A DNA stretch of 64,000 nt from an uncultured Chloroflexia bacterium (GCA_963760735.1 CAVXEB010000004.1:519995-583994); one strand, 5' to 3'; counted from the first letter of the stretch, positions 1 to 10,566 are shown. Made by a program: numbers and translations. The notes: a model not told the origin generated them from the sequence alone.

Positions 1-2495
1 AGCGCTCCGTCGCGGTTCTCGACGGCGTGGATCTCGACATCCCCGCGGGCGAGCTCGTCGTCGTCGTCGGGCCGACCGGTGCGGGGAAGTCGACGCTCCT
101 CTCGGTCCTGCTGCGCTTCCTGGAGCCGACCGCCGGGCGGGTGACGGTCGACGGCCATCCGCTCGCGGCGATCGGCCCGCAGACCTGGCGCGCGTGCCTG
201 GCGTGGGTCCCGCAGGCACCGCACCTGGTCCACGCATCGATCGCGGACAACCTCCGGCTTGCCCGGCCGGACGCGACCGCCGACGGTCACGCCATCGCCA
301 CCCGCGACGCGGGCGCCGACGGCTTCATCGCCGGTCTGCCTTCCGGCCTCGACACGATCGTGGGGCCGGGCGGCCACGGGCTCAGCGGGGGCGAGATCCG
401 GCGGCTGGCCATCGCCCGCGGGTTCCTCGCGGAGGCGCCGTTCCTGATCCTCGACGAGCCGACCGCGGACCTCGACCCGGCCAGCGCCGCCCGGATCCAC
501 GGGGCCCTCGCCGCGATGCGCGGCGAGCGGACGATCCTCGTCGCCACCCACGACCGGGGCCTGATGGACGTCGCCGATCGGATCGTGGTCCTGGACGCCG
601 GCCGCGTGGTCGCGGCCGGCCCGCCGGCTGATGTCCTCCCGGTCCTGCCGTCCGCGATCGCCACGACCCTGCCCGCCCCGCCGGATGCCGCCGGCCCGGA
701 GCGGGACGCAGGCCCGGACGACGCCTCCGGCGGCCCATCCGACAACGTTGCGGACGCCGTCGCCGCCGGGCTGGGGCGACGGCGACCGCTGCTCCGCCGG
801 CTCGTCGGGCTCCTCCGGCCTCAGGGACGATGGATCGCGATCGGCGCCGGGCTGGGTCTGCTCGTCGTCGTCGCGAACGTCGCGCTCGCGGGCATGTCGG
901 CGTACCTCATCTCCCGCGCGGCGATCGTGACGAACGTCGCCGACGTTGCGCTCGCCGTCACGGCCGTGCGGGTCCTCGCGATCTCCCGCGCCGCCTTCCG
1001 CTACCTGGAGCGGCTCGTCACCCACCGCGCCACGTTCGAGGTCCTCACGACCCTCCGGACGTGGTTCTACCGCTCGATCGAGCCGCTCGCGCCGGCCCGC
1101 CTGGCCGGGATCCGGAGCGGCGACCTCCTGGCGAGGATCGGGGCGGACGTCGACACGCTCGAGACGTTTCCGGCCCGGGTCCTCCTGCCGCCCGTCGTCG
1201 CGATCGGGGTGGTCGGGTTCGGGGCTCTCGTCCTCGCTTCATTCGCACCCGCCCTCGGAGTCGCGCTGCTCGTCGGGTCACTGATCGCGGGGGTCGGCGT
1301 CCCGATCGCGGTTCGGGGTGCCGCCCGGGGTGTTGGAGAGGCCGCGATCGTCGCCCGGGCGGAGCTGAGTGCCGCGGCCGTCGACCTCGTGACGGCGGTC
1401 GGCGACCTCGCCGTCCTCGATCGCGAGGGGCGGTACCGCGCACGGATGCTCGCAATCGGCCGGGATCTGGACCGGCTCCGGCAGCGCGGCGGGATGCTCC
1501 GGACCGCGGGCGAAAGTTCGACCGTCCTCGTGGCCGGACTGACAGGTGCAGCGGTCCTGGCGATCGGCGCCGGCCTGGTGGCAGCCGGCCGACTCGACGG
1601 GGTCGCCCTCGCCGTCGTGACGCTCGCCGCGATCGCCTGCTTCGAGGCGTTCGGGCCGGTCGCCCAGGCCGTCGAGCTCCTGCCTCGCCACGAGCGGGCG
1701 GCGGCGCGGCTGTTCGACCTCGTCGACGTCGCCCCGGCGGTCGTGGATCCTGACCGACCGGCTCCCCGGCCGATCAGCCACGACCTCGACATCCGGCGAC
1801 TGTCCTTCGCCTACGACGGCGGACCGCTCGCGCTCGATGACGTCTCGCTGTCGATCCCGGCGGGCGGCCGGCTCGCCGTCGTCGGCGCGAGCGGAGCCGG
1901 GAAGTCGACGATCGCGAACCTCCTCCTTCGGTTCTGGGACTACGATCGGGGCGAGATCCGCGTCGACGGTCGCGACCTCCACGAGTACCGGATCGACGAG
2001 GTCCGGTCGTGGTTCGGCGTCGTCGACCAGCGCGTCCACCTGTTCAACGGGACGATCCGCGACAACCTCGCGGTCGCCGACGCCGACGCGACCGACGCGG
2101 ACATGGAGCGCGCGTGCCGGATCGCCCAGCTCCACGCCTTCATCGTCGGCCTGCCGGGCGGATACGGAAGCCGGATCGGCCACGACGGCCTGCAGCTGAG
2201 CGGCGGCCAGCGCCAGCAGCTGGCGGTCGCCCGGATGGTGCTGAAGGCCGCGCCGATCGTCGTGCTCGACGAGGCCACGGCCCACCTCGACGAGGCGACC
2301 GAGGCCCGGCTCCTCGAGGCGCTCGAGCCGTTCCTGGCACGCCGGACCGTCCTCTGGATCTCGCACCGTGCCGCGATCTCGCGGTACGTCGACCAGGTGG
2401 TCCGGTTCGACCACGGGCGCGTCGTCGGCGGTCCGGTCGGGCTCGTCCGGATCCGGCCCGATGACGACGGAGGCGACGAGAGCCGGACCGGCTGA
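1..2495 (+). CDS. cydDC: Thiol-reductant ABC exporter, fused CydD/CydC-type. It has NBD - 6TM - NBD, and the upstream part of the first NBD lies outside the window.
   Basis: The frame is open from nt 3, with upstream residues RSVAVLDGVDLDIPAGELVVVVGPTGAGKS (Walker A) and LSGGEIRRLAIARG (ABC signature). A TM block follows, then a second NBD (LSIPAGGRLAVVGASGAGKST, LSGGQRQQLAVARM, VVLDEATAHLD). Confidence 0.6.
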   Translation, partial: RSVAVLDGVDLDIPAGELVVVVGPTGAGKSTLLSVLLRFLEPTAGRVTVDGHPLAAIGPQTWRACLAWVPQAPHLVHASIADNLRLARPDATADGHAIATRDAGADGFIAGLPSGLDTIVGPGGHGLSGGEIRRLAIARGFLAEAPFLILDEPTADLDPASAARIHGALAAMRGERTILVATHDRGLMDVADRIVVLDAGRVVAAGPPADVLPVLPSAIATTLPAPPDAAGPERDAGPDDASGGPSDNVADAVAAGLGRRRPLLRRLVGLLRPQGRWIAIGAGLGLLVVVANVALAGMSAYLISRAAIVTNVADVALAVTAVRVLAISRAAFRYLERLVTHRATFEVLTTLRTWFYRSIEPLAPARLAGIRSGDLLARIGADVDTLETFPARVLLPPVVAIGVVGFGALVLASFAPALGVALLVGSLIAGVGVPIAVRGAARGVGEAAIVARAELSAAAVDLVTAVGDLAVLDREGRYRARMLAIGRDLDRLRQRGGMLRTAGESSTVLVAGLTGAAVLAIGAGLVAAGRLDGVALAVVTLAAIACFEAFGPVAQAVELLPRHERAAARLFDLVDVAPAVVDPDRPAPRPISHDLDIRRLSFAYDGGPLALDDVSLSIPAGGRLAVVGASGAGKSTIANLLLRFWDYDRGEIRVDGRDLHEYRIDEVRSWFGVVDQRVHLFNGTIRDNLAVADADATDADMERACRIAQLHAFIVGLPGGYGSRIGHDGLQLSGGQRQQLAVARMVLKAAPIVVLDEATAHLDEATEARLLEALEPFLARRTVLWISHRAAISRYVDQVVRFDHGRVVGGPVGLVRIRPDDDGGDESRTG

Positions 2496-2522
2496 CGCCG
2501 CGACCGCACCACCGAAGTGGCC

Positions 2523-2548
2523 GGCGGGGCGCGTGACCGCGCCCCGCC
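2523..2548. terminator. Perfect GC hairpin (11-bp stem, 4-nt loop) between convergent cydDC and tadG-like genes; likely a bidirectional terminator
   Basis: ggcggggcgcg-tgac-cgcgccccgcc, located between the cydDC stop at 2495 and the minus-strand stop at 2555. Confidence 0.45.
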
Positions 2549-2554
2549 CGGGGA

Positions 2555-3886
2555 TCAGGGCAGCTGGATGAGCTTCGTGCCGCCCGCCAGCTGGTTGGCG
2601 GCCTGCTTGAACAGCGCGGCCAGGTTGGTGCTGGCTCCGGCCGTCTTCGGGACGCAGAAGAAGTGGTCGCCGTCGTCGTTCGACGTGCCCGGGCAACCGG
2701 CGTTGACGGAGTTCGTGGCCATGGCCGCGAGCAGGGCCGTCGCCTTCTTCCCCTGCCATGCGCCCGACGTGTCGGGGCACATGATGTCGTTGGCGCCGTC
2801 GAGGCCGAAGCCGATCGTGAACAGCTCGATTCCGCTGCTCTTGACGGCGTTGGCCGCGGTGTTCGACAGCGCGCAGTAGTTGGGTCCGGCCTTGGTGGAC
2901 GCGTTCGGCTGACCGTCGGTCATCAGGATGATGCCCTTGGTCACGCCGGAGCGGCCGTTGTTCAGCAGGTCGTACGCCGCCGCGGTGATCGGATCGTTGA
3001 GGTCCGTTCCGGTGCTCGAGTTCGGGAAGCAGGCGACGGCCTGGGCGAACGTGCTGCCGGATGTCGTGTAGTCCTGGTTGACCGGTGCTCCGATCCCGCT
3101 GAGGCCGACCGGGACCCAGCGGCGCAGGTCGGCCGGGAAGTTCGCGGTTCCGATCGACGTGGCGGGGGTCGTGATGCAGCCGCCGCCGTTCGTGCTCGGT
3201 CCGAGCATTCCGAACCCCATCCACTGCCGGACCGGGTCGTAGGCCTTCCGGACCGAGTCGGCGGCGGAACGGGCGTTCGCCGTGTCGACGCCGCTCATGC
3301 TCGACGTCCGGTCGACGACGACCATGAGGTCGACCGGCGTGATCGGCTCCGTGCCGCACGGACCCCTGCAGGCGGCCGACGTCACGGCCCCGGTCGAGCC
3401 GCTGTCGACCCCGACGGCGACACCGAAGTTGTACTTGACCGTCGCGGCGGCCTGGAGAACGATCGTGTTGCAGGTGTCGCCGGCGGCCGGATCGCACACG
3501 GCCACGCAGATGGTCGAGTTGCAGGTCCAGGTCACGCCCGCGCCCGGGTCGCAAACGGCCGGCACGTCGGACATGCGCGGCGTGCTGCCGGTGCTCCCGA
3601 CGACGCAGCGGAACGCAACGGTGGTCCCGGCCGGCAGGCCGCCGGGGAAGTTGCTGGCGGCGTACTGCCGGGCGACCTTGTCGGCGTTCGTCCCGTCGGC
3701 GGGCAGCTGCGACGCGCCGGCGAGGGCGCCCGCATCGAGCGCGTTCCAGAGGTTCTGATTGGCGTTGCGGAGCACGCCGATATCGATCGCCAGCGAGGCG
3801 AAGCCCATGATCACGACGAGCGCGAGGACGAACAGGATGATGATCTGACCGCCCTCGCGGTCTCGCCTGCGCGATGACTCGGACAT
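2555..3886 (-). CDS. TadG-like pilus-assembly protein with a von Willebrand factor A domain
   Basis: N-terminal TM (IIILFVLALVVIMGFASLAIDIGV) typical of TadE/TadG family; VVVDRTSSM ... ILMTDGQPN (vWA MIDAS-like); start chosen at the internal Met MSESS. Confidence 0.55.
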   Translation of the reverse strand: MSESSRRRDREGGQIIILFVLALVVIMGFASLAIDIGVLRNANQNLWNALDAGALAGASQLPADGTNADKVARQYAASNFPGGLPAGTTVAFRCVVGSTGSTPRMSDVPAVCDPGAGVTWTCNSTICVAVCDPAAGDTCNTIVLQAAATVKYNFGVAVGVDSGSTGAVTSAACRGPCGTEPITPVDLMVVVDRTSSMSGVDTANARSAADSVRKAYDPVRQWMGFGMLGPSTNGGGCITTPATSIGTANFPADLRRWVPVGLSGIGAPVNQDYTTSGSTFAQAVACFPNSSTGTDLNDPITAAAYDLLNNGRSGVTKGIILMTDGQPNASTKAGPNYCALSNTAANAVKSSGIELFTIGFGLDGANDIMCPDTSGAWQGKKATALLAAMATNSVNAGCPGTSNDDGDHFFCVPKTAGASTNLAALFKQAANQLAGGTKLIQLP

Positions 3887-3926
3887 CGTGGTTCCCCCGA
3901 TTGAGCGCGGCCGATGCATGCCGTAC

Positions 3927-4406
3927 CTACTCGATCCGCATCTGGACGGTCGAGGTGAGGTTGAGCTGGGTGCCCATCGCGAGCGGCCAGATCATCCGGT
4001 AGGCGTAGTCGACCTGGACCACAACGGCGTCGCCGGACTGCCAGGACGGTGTGGAGCAGGCGACGAAGGCCGAACCGGAGGGCCGCTCGCAGCTGATCGC
4101 CACGTTCAGCTTCGACAGGTCGAGGCTGGTCGACATCGCCTTGACGCGGGCGTCGATGCCGGACACGTTGCCCGGCTCGACGACCCCGAGGCGGGCACCC
4201 TCGCGGGACGCGTTGATGATCGTCATCTGGGAGTAGAGGCCCAGACCGAAGTCGAGGATCCCGGCGAGGATCAGCAGGAAGACCGGCAGGACCACCGCGA
4301 ACTCGACGAGGGACTGACCGTGGGTCCTTCGGCTCGAGCGCCGTTGGGCCGACCGGGCTGCCCCGCCGTGGCGGAGCGACCTGGATGTCAAGCGTTCCGG
4401 AACCAT
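3927..4406 (-). CDS. TadE-like protein (Flp pilus assembly)
   Basis: SRRTHGQSLVEFAVVLPVFLLILAGILDFG matches the TadE N-terminal signature; it sits directly upstream of the TadG-like gene. Confidence 0.6.
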   Translation of the reverse strand: MVPERLTSRSLRHGGAARSAQRRSSRRTHGQSLVEFAVVLPVFLLILAGILDFGLGLYSQMTIINASREGARLGVVEPGNVSGIDARVKAMSTSLDLSKLNVAISCERPSGSAFVACSTPSWQSGDAVVVQVDYAYRMIWPLAMGTQLNLTSTVQMRIE

Positions 4407-4770
4407 CCCGACATGAACCCCCGGCTCCTGCTGGGGCTTGCGCCGGGTTCGACGCGTTGCGCCAGCAGACCGGACTTTCGGCTGCCGACATTGCGCCGTT
4501 CCTTGCGCCGTTGCGCGGGCGCATAGGCCAAAGGTCCGGGTCCAGGTGCGGTGAAGAACGGCCCGGGACCGGGCGGTGCGGTCTGGAGCCCGCGGTGCAG
4601 ACTGGGTTGATCGGCCTGATCGGGACGACGCGGACCACGACCCGCCCCGCCCGATCCGGCGATCGAGAAATCAGCGGCAGTGAGATGATGGCGGGCCCGC
4701 AACGGGGCCGAGATCGCGTTCCGGACCCGTTGCCCATGCGGGAGATGGCTTGCCACTGGAGGAGAGTGGG

Positions 4771-5595
4771 ATGACTTCCAATGCTGCGGGCGGCGCGACG
4801 GGCGAGCCCCTCCTGGCGTGGCTCGAACGACGCTCCGCCAGGGAACGTCAGGGCGAGACCGACTTCGATGATGCGAGTCTCGAGTACCGGCGTCTGTTCA
4901 GCGAGGTGTGGGGTACGTTTCTGCTGGTGCTCGTCGCGGCGGGCGGCGGGGTAGTCGGGGCGTTGCCCGTGGGTGGCGACCTGACCCTGGCGATGAAAGC
5001 CCTCGCGCCCGGAATGATGGTCATGGGCATCATCTTCTTCATGGGCACGATCTCGGGCGCCCATCTCAACCCGGCGGTCACGCTGGCCTTCGCGGTCCGT
5101 GGCAACTTCCCGTGGATGCGGGTGCCGGGCTACATCGTCGCGCAGGTCATCGGCGGCATCCTGGCCGCGCTGTTCCTGCAGTGGGCCTACGGTGGCATCC
5201 TCAACGGCGCCACCGAGCCCGGCGCGGGCATCAGCGACGGCACCGCCGTGCTGACCGAGGCGATCCTGACCCTCGGCCTGGTCAGCGTGATCCTGGGCAC
5301 CGCGTCCGGGGCGCGCAACGTGGGCTTCAACGGCGCGATTGCCGTGGGCGCCTACATCGGCCTGGTGTCGGTCTGGGGCGCACCGATCTCGGGCGCCTCG
5401 ATGAACCCCGGCCGCTCGTTTGCGCCGATGCTCGTCGGCGGCGACCTGGCCAACTACTGGGTGTACCTCGTCGGCCCGCTCCTCGGCGCGCTGGTGGCGG
5501 TCGGCTTCGAGACGATCCTGCGCGGCAGGCCGACCAAGTCCGGCGCAGAGGCGGCCCAGGGCATCCTCGACGAAGGAAACCAGGCGGCCCTCTGA
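4771..5595 (+). CDS. aqpZ: Aquaporin / MIP-family channel
   Basis: Two NPA boxes (HLNPAVTLAF and SMNPGRSFAP) and six TM segments. The ORF-table start at 4750 is a TTG; the ATG at 4771 has GGAGGA 9 nt upstream. Confidence 0.8.
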   Translation: MTSNAAGGATGEPLLAWLERRSARERQGETDFDDASLEYRRLFSEVWGTFLLVLVAAGGGVVGALPVGGDLTLAMKALAPGMMVMGIIFFMGTISGAHLNPAVTLAFAVRGNFPWMRVPGYIVAQVIGGILAALFLQWAYGGILNGATEPGAGISDGTAVLTEAILTLGLVSVILGTASGARNVGFNGAIAVGAYIGLVSVWGAPISGASMNPGRSFAPMLVGGDLANYWVYLVGPLLGALVAVGFETILRGRPTKSGAEAAQGILDEGNQAAL

Positions 5596-5619
5596 TGCCC
5601 ACGAGAGCGTAGGTCAACC

Positions 5620-6981
5620 GTGAGCGAGTGGCCCGCGGGCCGGCTGCCTTCGCGTGCGGACCGGACCGCGGCCGGTGTCAAGGCCCGGGCGAAGACGCCT
5701 CCGGCCGCCCTCGGGGCATGGGCGCCGAAGCGGGATCGGCCCGACCCGATCGGGCTGCTCGAGGAGCAGGCGACGACCCGCCTGCAGGCTCTCGTGCCGG
5801 TCCGCTATGGCCGGATGGCGATCTCGCCGTTCACCTTCTACCGCGGCGCGGCGCTGCCGATGGCAGCCGACCTCGCGACCGAGCCCAATTCCGGCATCAC
5901 CGTCCAGCTCTGTGGCGACGCCCACCTCTCGAACTTCGGGCTGTTCGCGTCACCCGAGCGTGACCTCCTGTTCGACATCAACGACTTCGACGAAACGCTC
6001 CCGGGGCCGTTCGAGTTCGACCTGAAACGCCTCGCGGCGAGTCTCGTGGTCGCCGCCCGCCAGCGGGGCGAAAGCGGCCACGACGCCAGGCACGTCGTGC
6101 ATCGTGCGATGCGCTCGTACCGCGAGCGCATGGCCGGCTTCGCGTCGATGAGCGCCATCGACGTGTACTACGCGCGTGTCGACGCGACGGAGATCCTCGC
6201 CTATGCCGACAAGCGGTCGAAGGCGATGATCGAGGGCACAGTCAAGTCGACCGCGCATCATGACTCCCTCCACGAGCTGCCGAAGCTCACGACGCTCGTC
6301 GACGGCAAGCGCCGGATCGTGGAGCATCCCCCGACGCTCATCAAGCTCCCTGACCTGACGCAGCCGCTGGCCGAAACGGCCCTCCGTGCGTACCGCCAGA
6401 CGCTGCAGGAGGACCGACGCGTTCTCCTCGACCGGTATCGGCTCGCGGACTATGCGCTGAAGGTCGTGGGTGTCGGCAGCGTCGGGCTCGCGGCCTACGC
6501 GGGCCTCCTCATCGGCGGCGCGGACGACGATCCGTTGTTCCTCCAGGCCAAGCAGGCGGAGGCGTCGGTGTACGAGCGATACCTCGGACCGAGCGAGTAC
6601 GACAGCCACGGCGAGCGGGTCGTCACGGGCCAGCGTCGGCTGCAGGCGACCAGTGACATCCTCCTCGGCTGGGCGGTCGGCGAACGCGGTCAGCACGCCT
6701 ACATCCGGCAGCTCCAGGACCAGAAGGGCAGCGCGGTCATCGACACGATGACGGTCGACGAGCTCACGACCTGGGGCGAGATCTGCGCGTGGGCTCTCGC
6801 CCGCGGTCACGCCCGGTCGGGCGACCCGGCCGTGATCTCGGGCTACCTCGGGACCGACGATGCGTTCGAGCATGCGATGGCGACGTTCGCCGAGTCCTAT
6901 GCGGACCAGAACGAGCGGGATCATGCGGCCCTGCTGACCGCCATCAAGAGCGGTCGGATCACGGCCGAGTACGGCGTCTGA
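5620..6981 (+). CDS. DUF2252-family protein (uncharacterised, widespread in Actinobacteria)
   Basis: 453-aa ORF with coding-like amino-acid usage; motifs QLCGDAHLSNFG ... DINDFDE recalled as DUF2252. Confidence 0.5.
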   Translation: MSEWPAGRLPSRADRTAAGVKARAKTPPAALGAWAPKRDRPDPIGLLEEQATTRLQALVPVRYGRMAISPFTFYRGAALPMAADLATEPNSGITVQLCGDAHLSNFGLFASPERDLLFDINDFDETLPGPFEFDLKRLAASLVVAARQRGESGHDARHVVHRAMRSYRERMAGFASMSAIDVYYARVDATEILAYADKRSKAMIEGTVKSTAHHDSLHELPKLTTLVDGKRRIVEHPPTLIKLPDLTQPLAETALRAYRQTLQEDRRVLLDRYRLADYALKVVGVGSVGLAAYAGLLIGGADDDPLFLQAKQAEASVYERYLGPSEYDSHGERVVTGQRRLQATSDILLGWAVGERGQHAYIRQLQDQKGSAVIDTMTVDELTTWGEICAWALARGHARSGDPAVISGYLGTDDAFEHAMATFAESYADQNERDHAALLTAIKSGRITAEYGV

Positions 6982-7012
6982 CGCTGGTCGACCGCGCGAG
7001 GATGGCCATCCC

Positions 7013-8374
7013 ATGACCGCCCTGCAATCCGTTCGCGGGCCGACCATCGATGGCCTCCCTCTGCGGAGCCACCTGGGCCTGTGGGTCGCGGCGCTCGCCA
7101 TGGGAAGCGTGACCGCTGTCGGAGTCTGGCTCTTCAACAAGGCCATCGATGCCGTCGGCTCGATCGTCAGTGACGTCCTGGAGCCTGCGCTGGGTCCGCT
7201 GGGAGCCTGGTCGATCGTGCCCATCCTGGCGCTGGCGGGCGTGCTCGTGGCGGCGATCGTGCGGTTCCTGAAACCCGGGAGGCTGGCCGCGATGGGCCAC
7301 ATCATCGATGGCGTGGCCGAGCGCGAGGGCCGCCTGGACCAGCGCAACGCCGTGGTGACCGTCGCCGGCGCAGCGGTCGGGCTGGGCATGGGCATGCCGG
7401 TCGGCGCGGACACCCCGTCGGCGATGATCGGCGGCCACGTCGGCTCGTGGATCGCCCTTCGGCTGGGGTGGCCGACCGTGTTCGTGCAGTCGCTCATCGT
7501 GGCGGGCGTGGCGGCCGGCATCTCCGCGACCTTCCTGGCCCAGCTGTCGGCCGTCTTCTTCGGCCTCGAGGTGGTGCTGGGCGGGATCGGAGGGCTCGTG
7601 TTCATCGTGCCGGCCCTGCTGGCCGTGGCGGCCGCGGCGGTGACGACGTTCCGGCTGACCGGCACGCCGCCGGTGTACGCCATCCCGCTCGACGCGGTCC
7701 ACTGGGACCTGAGCCTGCTCCTCTATCTGCTGCCGGCGCTCGTCGCCGCCGTCGCCGCCATCGCCTATGTGCGCCTGTTCCCGGTGCTCAAGGGTGCGTG
7801 GGCGGCGGTCACCTTGCCGGCCATCGCGCGGATGGCCATCGCCGGCGCCATCGTCGGGGTCGTGGCGGTCGCGCTGCCCGGTGTCACCGGTTCCGGCACG
7901 TCGACGATGAAGGAGCTCTTCGGCGGTGCGACCATCCCGTTGGCGACGCTTCTGGCACTGGCGCTGGCCAAGCTCGTGCTGACGCCGGGCAGCCTCGGTG
8001 CGGGGTTCGTCGGCGGGGTCATCGGACCGGCGATGCTGATCGGCTCGGCGCTCGGCGCCGCGGTCGGCACGATCGTCATCCCGATGTTCCCCCACCTCGG
8101 GCTGTCACCCGTCATCTTCGCCATGGTCGGCACGACGGCGATGCTCAGCGGGTCGCTTCACGCACCGCTCTTCGCGGCGCTCATCGTCTTCGAGATGGCC
8201 GGTGCCTACGAGATGCTCGTGCCACTGATCATGGCGGCGGCCATCGGCCTCGGGCTCGCGACGCCGTTCCAGCCCGGGTCCGTCTACACGTTCGGCTTCG
8301 GCAAGCTCGGCATCGATCTGCGGCCGGGCCGGTTCCGAGCGACGCCGACGACGCCGCGCGATGGCCCGACGTAA
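7013..8374 (+). CDS. ClC-family chloride channel / H+-Cl- antiporter
   Basis: Polytopic membrane protein; GLGMGMPVGADTPSAMIGG and the C-terminal FEMAGAYEMLVPLIMAAAIG resemble the ClC FELTG-Y...LPLM motif. Confidence 0.55.
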   Translation: MTALQSVRGPTIDGLPLRSHLGLWVAALAMGSVTAVGVWLFNKAIDAVGSIVSDVLEPALGPLGAWSIVPILALAGVLVAAIVRFLKPGRLAAMGHIIDGVAEREGRLDQRNAVVTVAGAAVGLGMGMPVGADTPSAMIGGHVGSWIALRLGWPTVFVQSLIVAGVAAGISATFLAQLSAVFFGLEVVLGGIGGLVFIVPALLAVAAAAVTTFRLTGTPPVYAIPLDAVHWDLSLLLYLLPALVAAVAAIAYVRLFPVLKGAWAAVTLPAIARMAIAGAIVGVVAVALPGVTGSGTSTMKELFGGATIPLATLLALALAKLVLTPGSLGAGFVGGVIGPAMLIGSALGAAVGTIVIPMFPHLGLSPVIFAMVGTTAMLSGSLHAPLFAALIVFEMAGAYEMLVPLIMAAAIGLGLATPFQPGSVYTFGFGKLGIDLRPGRFRATPTTPRDGPT

Positions 8375-10493
8375 GGCCTCCGTTCGGAGAATTGGCTCCG
8401 GCGGCAGGACTCGAACCTGCGACCAAGCGCCTCGTCGGTCGCGGTTTGCCGCACGGCCGGCGTGATCGAATGCGTTCGCGACGCCATCGCTGCGTTCCCG
8501 CGGACTTGCGTTCTAGCGCCAGTCGATACCAACGAACTTCGACCGGCTCGCGGACTCCCTTGAGGGTCAACGCGCGCGGCTCTGAGATCTTGAACCGGGT
8601 TCGCCCGGCCTGCTCGAGGACGTCGCTGGTGACCAGGATCTCCTGACCGGACGCCGCGCCGCCGACGCGGGCGGCGATGTGCACGCCCCGACCGCGATAG
8701 TCACGGCCATCCGCGCGTCGCCTCGGCTGCGTGCAGACCGATCCGCACCGGACGGGGCGAACCCGTGCTCGCGGCGGTGTCGCGTCAGACCGCCGCTGGA
8801 TGTCGACCGCGCATTCGATCCCCTCGCCAGCGCTGTCGAAGGTCACGAAGAAGCCGTCGCCGGTGCTGTTGACTTCCTCGCCGCGGTGACTTGCGAAGGC
8901 CGACCGAAGCTCTCTGTTGTGCCACGAGAGAAGCTCGGCCCACGCCTCGTCGCCCACGAGTCCGACCAGGTCCGTCGAGGTGACGATGTCGGTGAACATG
9001 AACGTCCTGGCGACTCGCGCCGTTGAGGCCGCGGGCCCCTGCTCCTGCCCGAGCAGCACGTCCACTCGCTGCAGGTCGAGCGTCGCGCCCAGCCGCTCGA
9101 AGACGGCCCGAGCCGCTCGGAGGTCCATCCGGGCCGTCGCCTGGATCGCCCTCGGCGGCGATCGCTTCGGCGTAGCTGAAGCCGAGCTCGCGCGCTCTCG
9201 TAGGGCAGATCGTTTTCCATCCACAGCCGCCACGATCGACCGAGGATCGGGGACGCCTCCGAAGGCCGGTCCTCCCCAAGCAGCAACTCGCCCTTCGCCA
9301 TCAGGGCGCCGCCCTCGAACAGCGGTCGCTTGTACCCCGCCGCGATCGACTCGAGCTCTTCGACAGCGCTGCGCGCAGCGTCCAGGTCGCCGACGGGCAA
9401 GGGCAATGTCGATCGCCGCGGGCAGGAGACGTCCCCGCGTGGCCTGATCCACCGGACCCTCGCCCGTCGTTGTCGCAGCCAGCGACCGCTCGATCGAGCG
9501 CCAGGCATCGTCGAGCTCGCCGCGGGCCAGGTGAAGAAGCGCCATGCCTGGCTGCCCGTCATCACCGAGCTCGTACGCGCGCTCGAGGGCATCGGCCGCG
9601 CCCTGCAGGTCGCCCATCCGAAGCCGGATCTCCCCGATCTCGTGGTGGGCGAATCCGAGGCTGTCGTTCAGGCCGAACTGCTGGAGCTCTTCGCAGGCCT
9701 GACGCGCCTCCAGCTCGGCCTCCGGCCATTGGCCGCGGAGCATCTTCAGCTCCGCTCGGTGAACCCGGCAGACGCCCGGATATCCGCCCACTCCCTGACG
9801 GCGCATCCAGCGCTCGCCCTCGTCGGCCCACTGGCCCGCGCGCTTCAGATCGCCGATGTTCCGACAGGCGGCGATCGTGTTGCACAGGATGTCGCTCGCG
9901 ACCCGGAGACCGAGCTGGCCGGAGGTCGCCGCTGCCGCCGCCTCATCGAGAAATGCCAGACCCTCCGGAATGTTGCCCTGGTGCATCTCGCCGTAGCCCT
10001 TGAAGCTCGTCGCCATGAACTGCACGTCGGCGTTGCCGTGCTCCCTGGCCACGGCGATCGCCCGGTCCGCGTGGGCGAGGCCGTCCACCATCCGATGGTC
10101 GAGCATGGCACTCATGCCTGCGAACAGATGGAGCCAGGCGTGCATCCCCGACTCGGGCGTGCCCTCGAGGAGACTCGCAGCGCGCCCCAACCACCCTGCG
10201 CCGACCGATGGCGCCTGACGGCGGAAGAACATGTATGCGAGAAGAAAGGCCGCGCCTGCAGCTTCGATCGGTCGACCGGCCTCCACGTAGGCCGTGAACG
10301 CCCGCTCGAGCATGTCGGACGCCTCATCGGGCTTGCCCACCCACCAGGCGGCCTCGCCCATCCGCTCGAGGTCGTCGGGCGACAGGCCACCTTCGCGGTC
10401 GGCCGCAGCGAATGCCTCCAGCGCCTCCGTCCAGGCGTGGCGCTTGATGGCGTCCCTGCCCAGCTCAATTGAACCGGCCGCCGCGGAATCCAT
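8229..10493 (-). pseudogene. TPR-repeat + class III adenylate/guanylate cyclase (CHD) protein. Its reading frame is broken by two compensating frameshifts (~9400, ~9150), and there is no stop after the CHD.
   Basis: N-terminal TPR-like region (MDSAAAGSIELGRD..., start ~10490), then a good frame-B segment (LPVGDLDAARSAVEELESIAAGYKRPLFEGG..., ORF 8843-9592). It then returns to frame A for the CHD (RTFMFTDIVTST ... GDGFFVTF ... RGRGVHIAARV ... EPVEVRWYRL, ending ~8520). The downstream 96 Arg-rich codons run through the tRNA-like fragment. Confidence 0.45.
8393..8437 (-). other. tRNA 3'-half-like fragment: T-arm + acceptor 3' strand + CCA, with no foldable 5' half. Candidate att core (copy A).
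   Basis: rc = ggtc-GCAGG-TTCGAGT-CCTGC-cgccgga-g-CCA. No complementary 5' acceptor strand lies downstream. A near-identical copy is at 40011-40055, including a compensatory T-stem change. Confidence 0.4.
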
Positions 10494-10566
10494 CTGTGCC
10501 TCGCCGTAATCGAGCAACTGCCGTCCGATTATCTGCGTGGTCCGCAACCCGCTTGAGGCGCCGGTC

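Noticed and set aside
194-1792. Many Arg/Pro/Gly-rich ORFs overlapping cydDC on both strands (e.g. 194-631, 287-745, 830-1753, 1067-1792)
   Set aside because: Typical off-frame ORFs of 70% GC DNA; they have low-complexity composition and no motifs, and they overlap a strongly supported gene.
1278-3554. 758-aa minus-strand ORF spanning cydDC and the tadG-like gene
   Set aside because: Extreme Arg/Gly/Asp low-complexity; antisense/off-frame of two well-supported genes.
5950-8095. 577-aa and 378-aa minus-strand ORFs opposite DUF2252 and ClC genes
   Set aside because: Arg-rich off-frame artefacts.
8393-8480. Intact tRNA gene (including tRNA-Sec or tmRNA) at the tRNA-like sites 8393 and 40011
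   Set aside because: Only the T-arm, 3' acceptor strand and CCA are present. No sequence within 100 nt can pair as the 5' acceptor strand (tccggcg), the D/anticodon arms could not be folded, and the discriminator/acceptor does not fit tmRNA.
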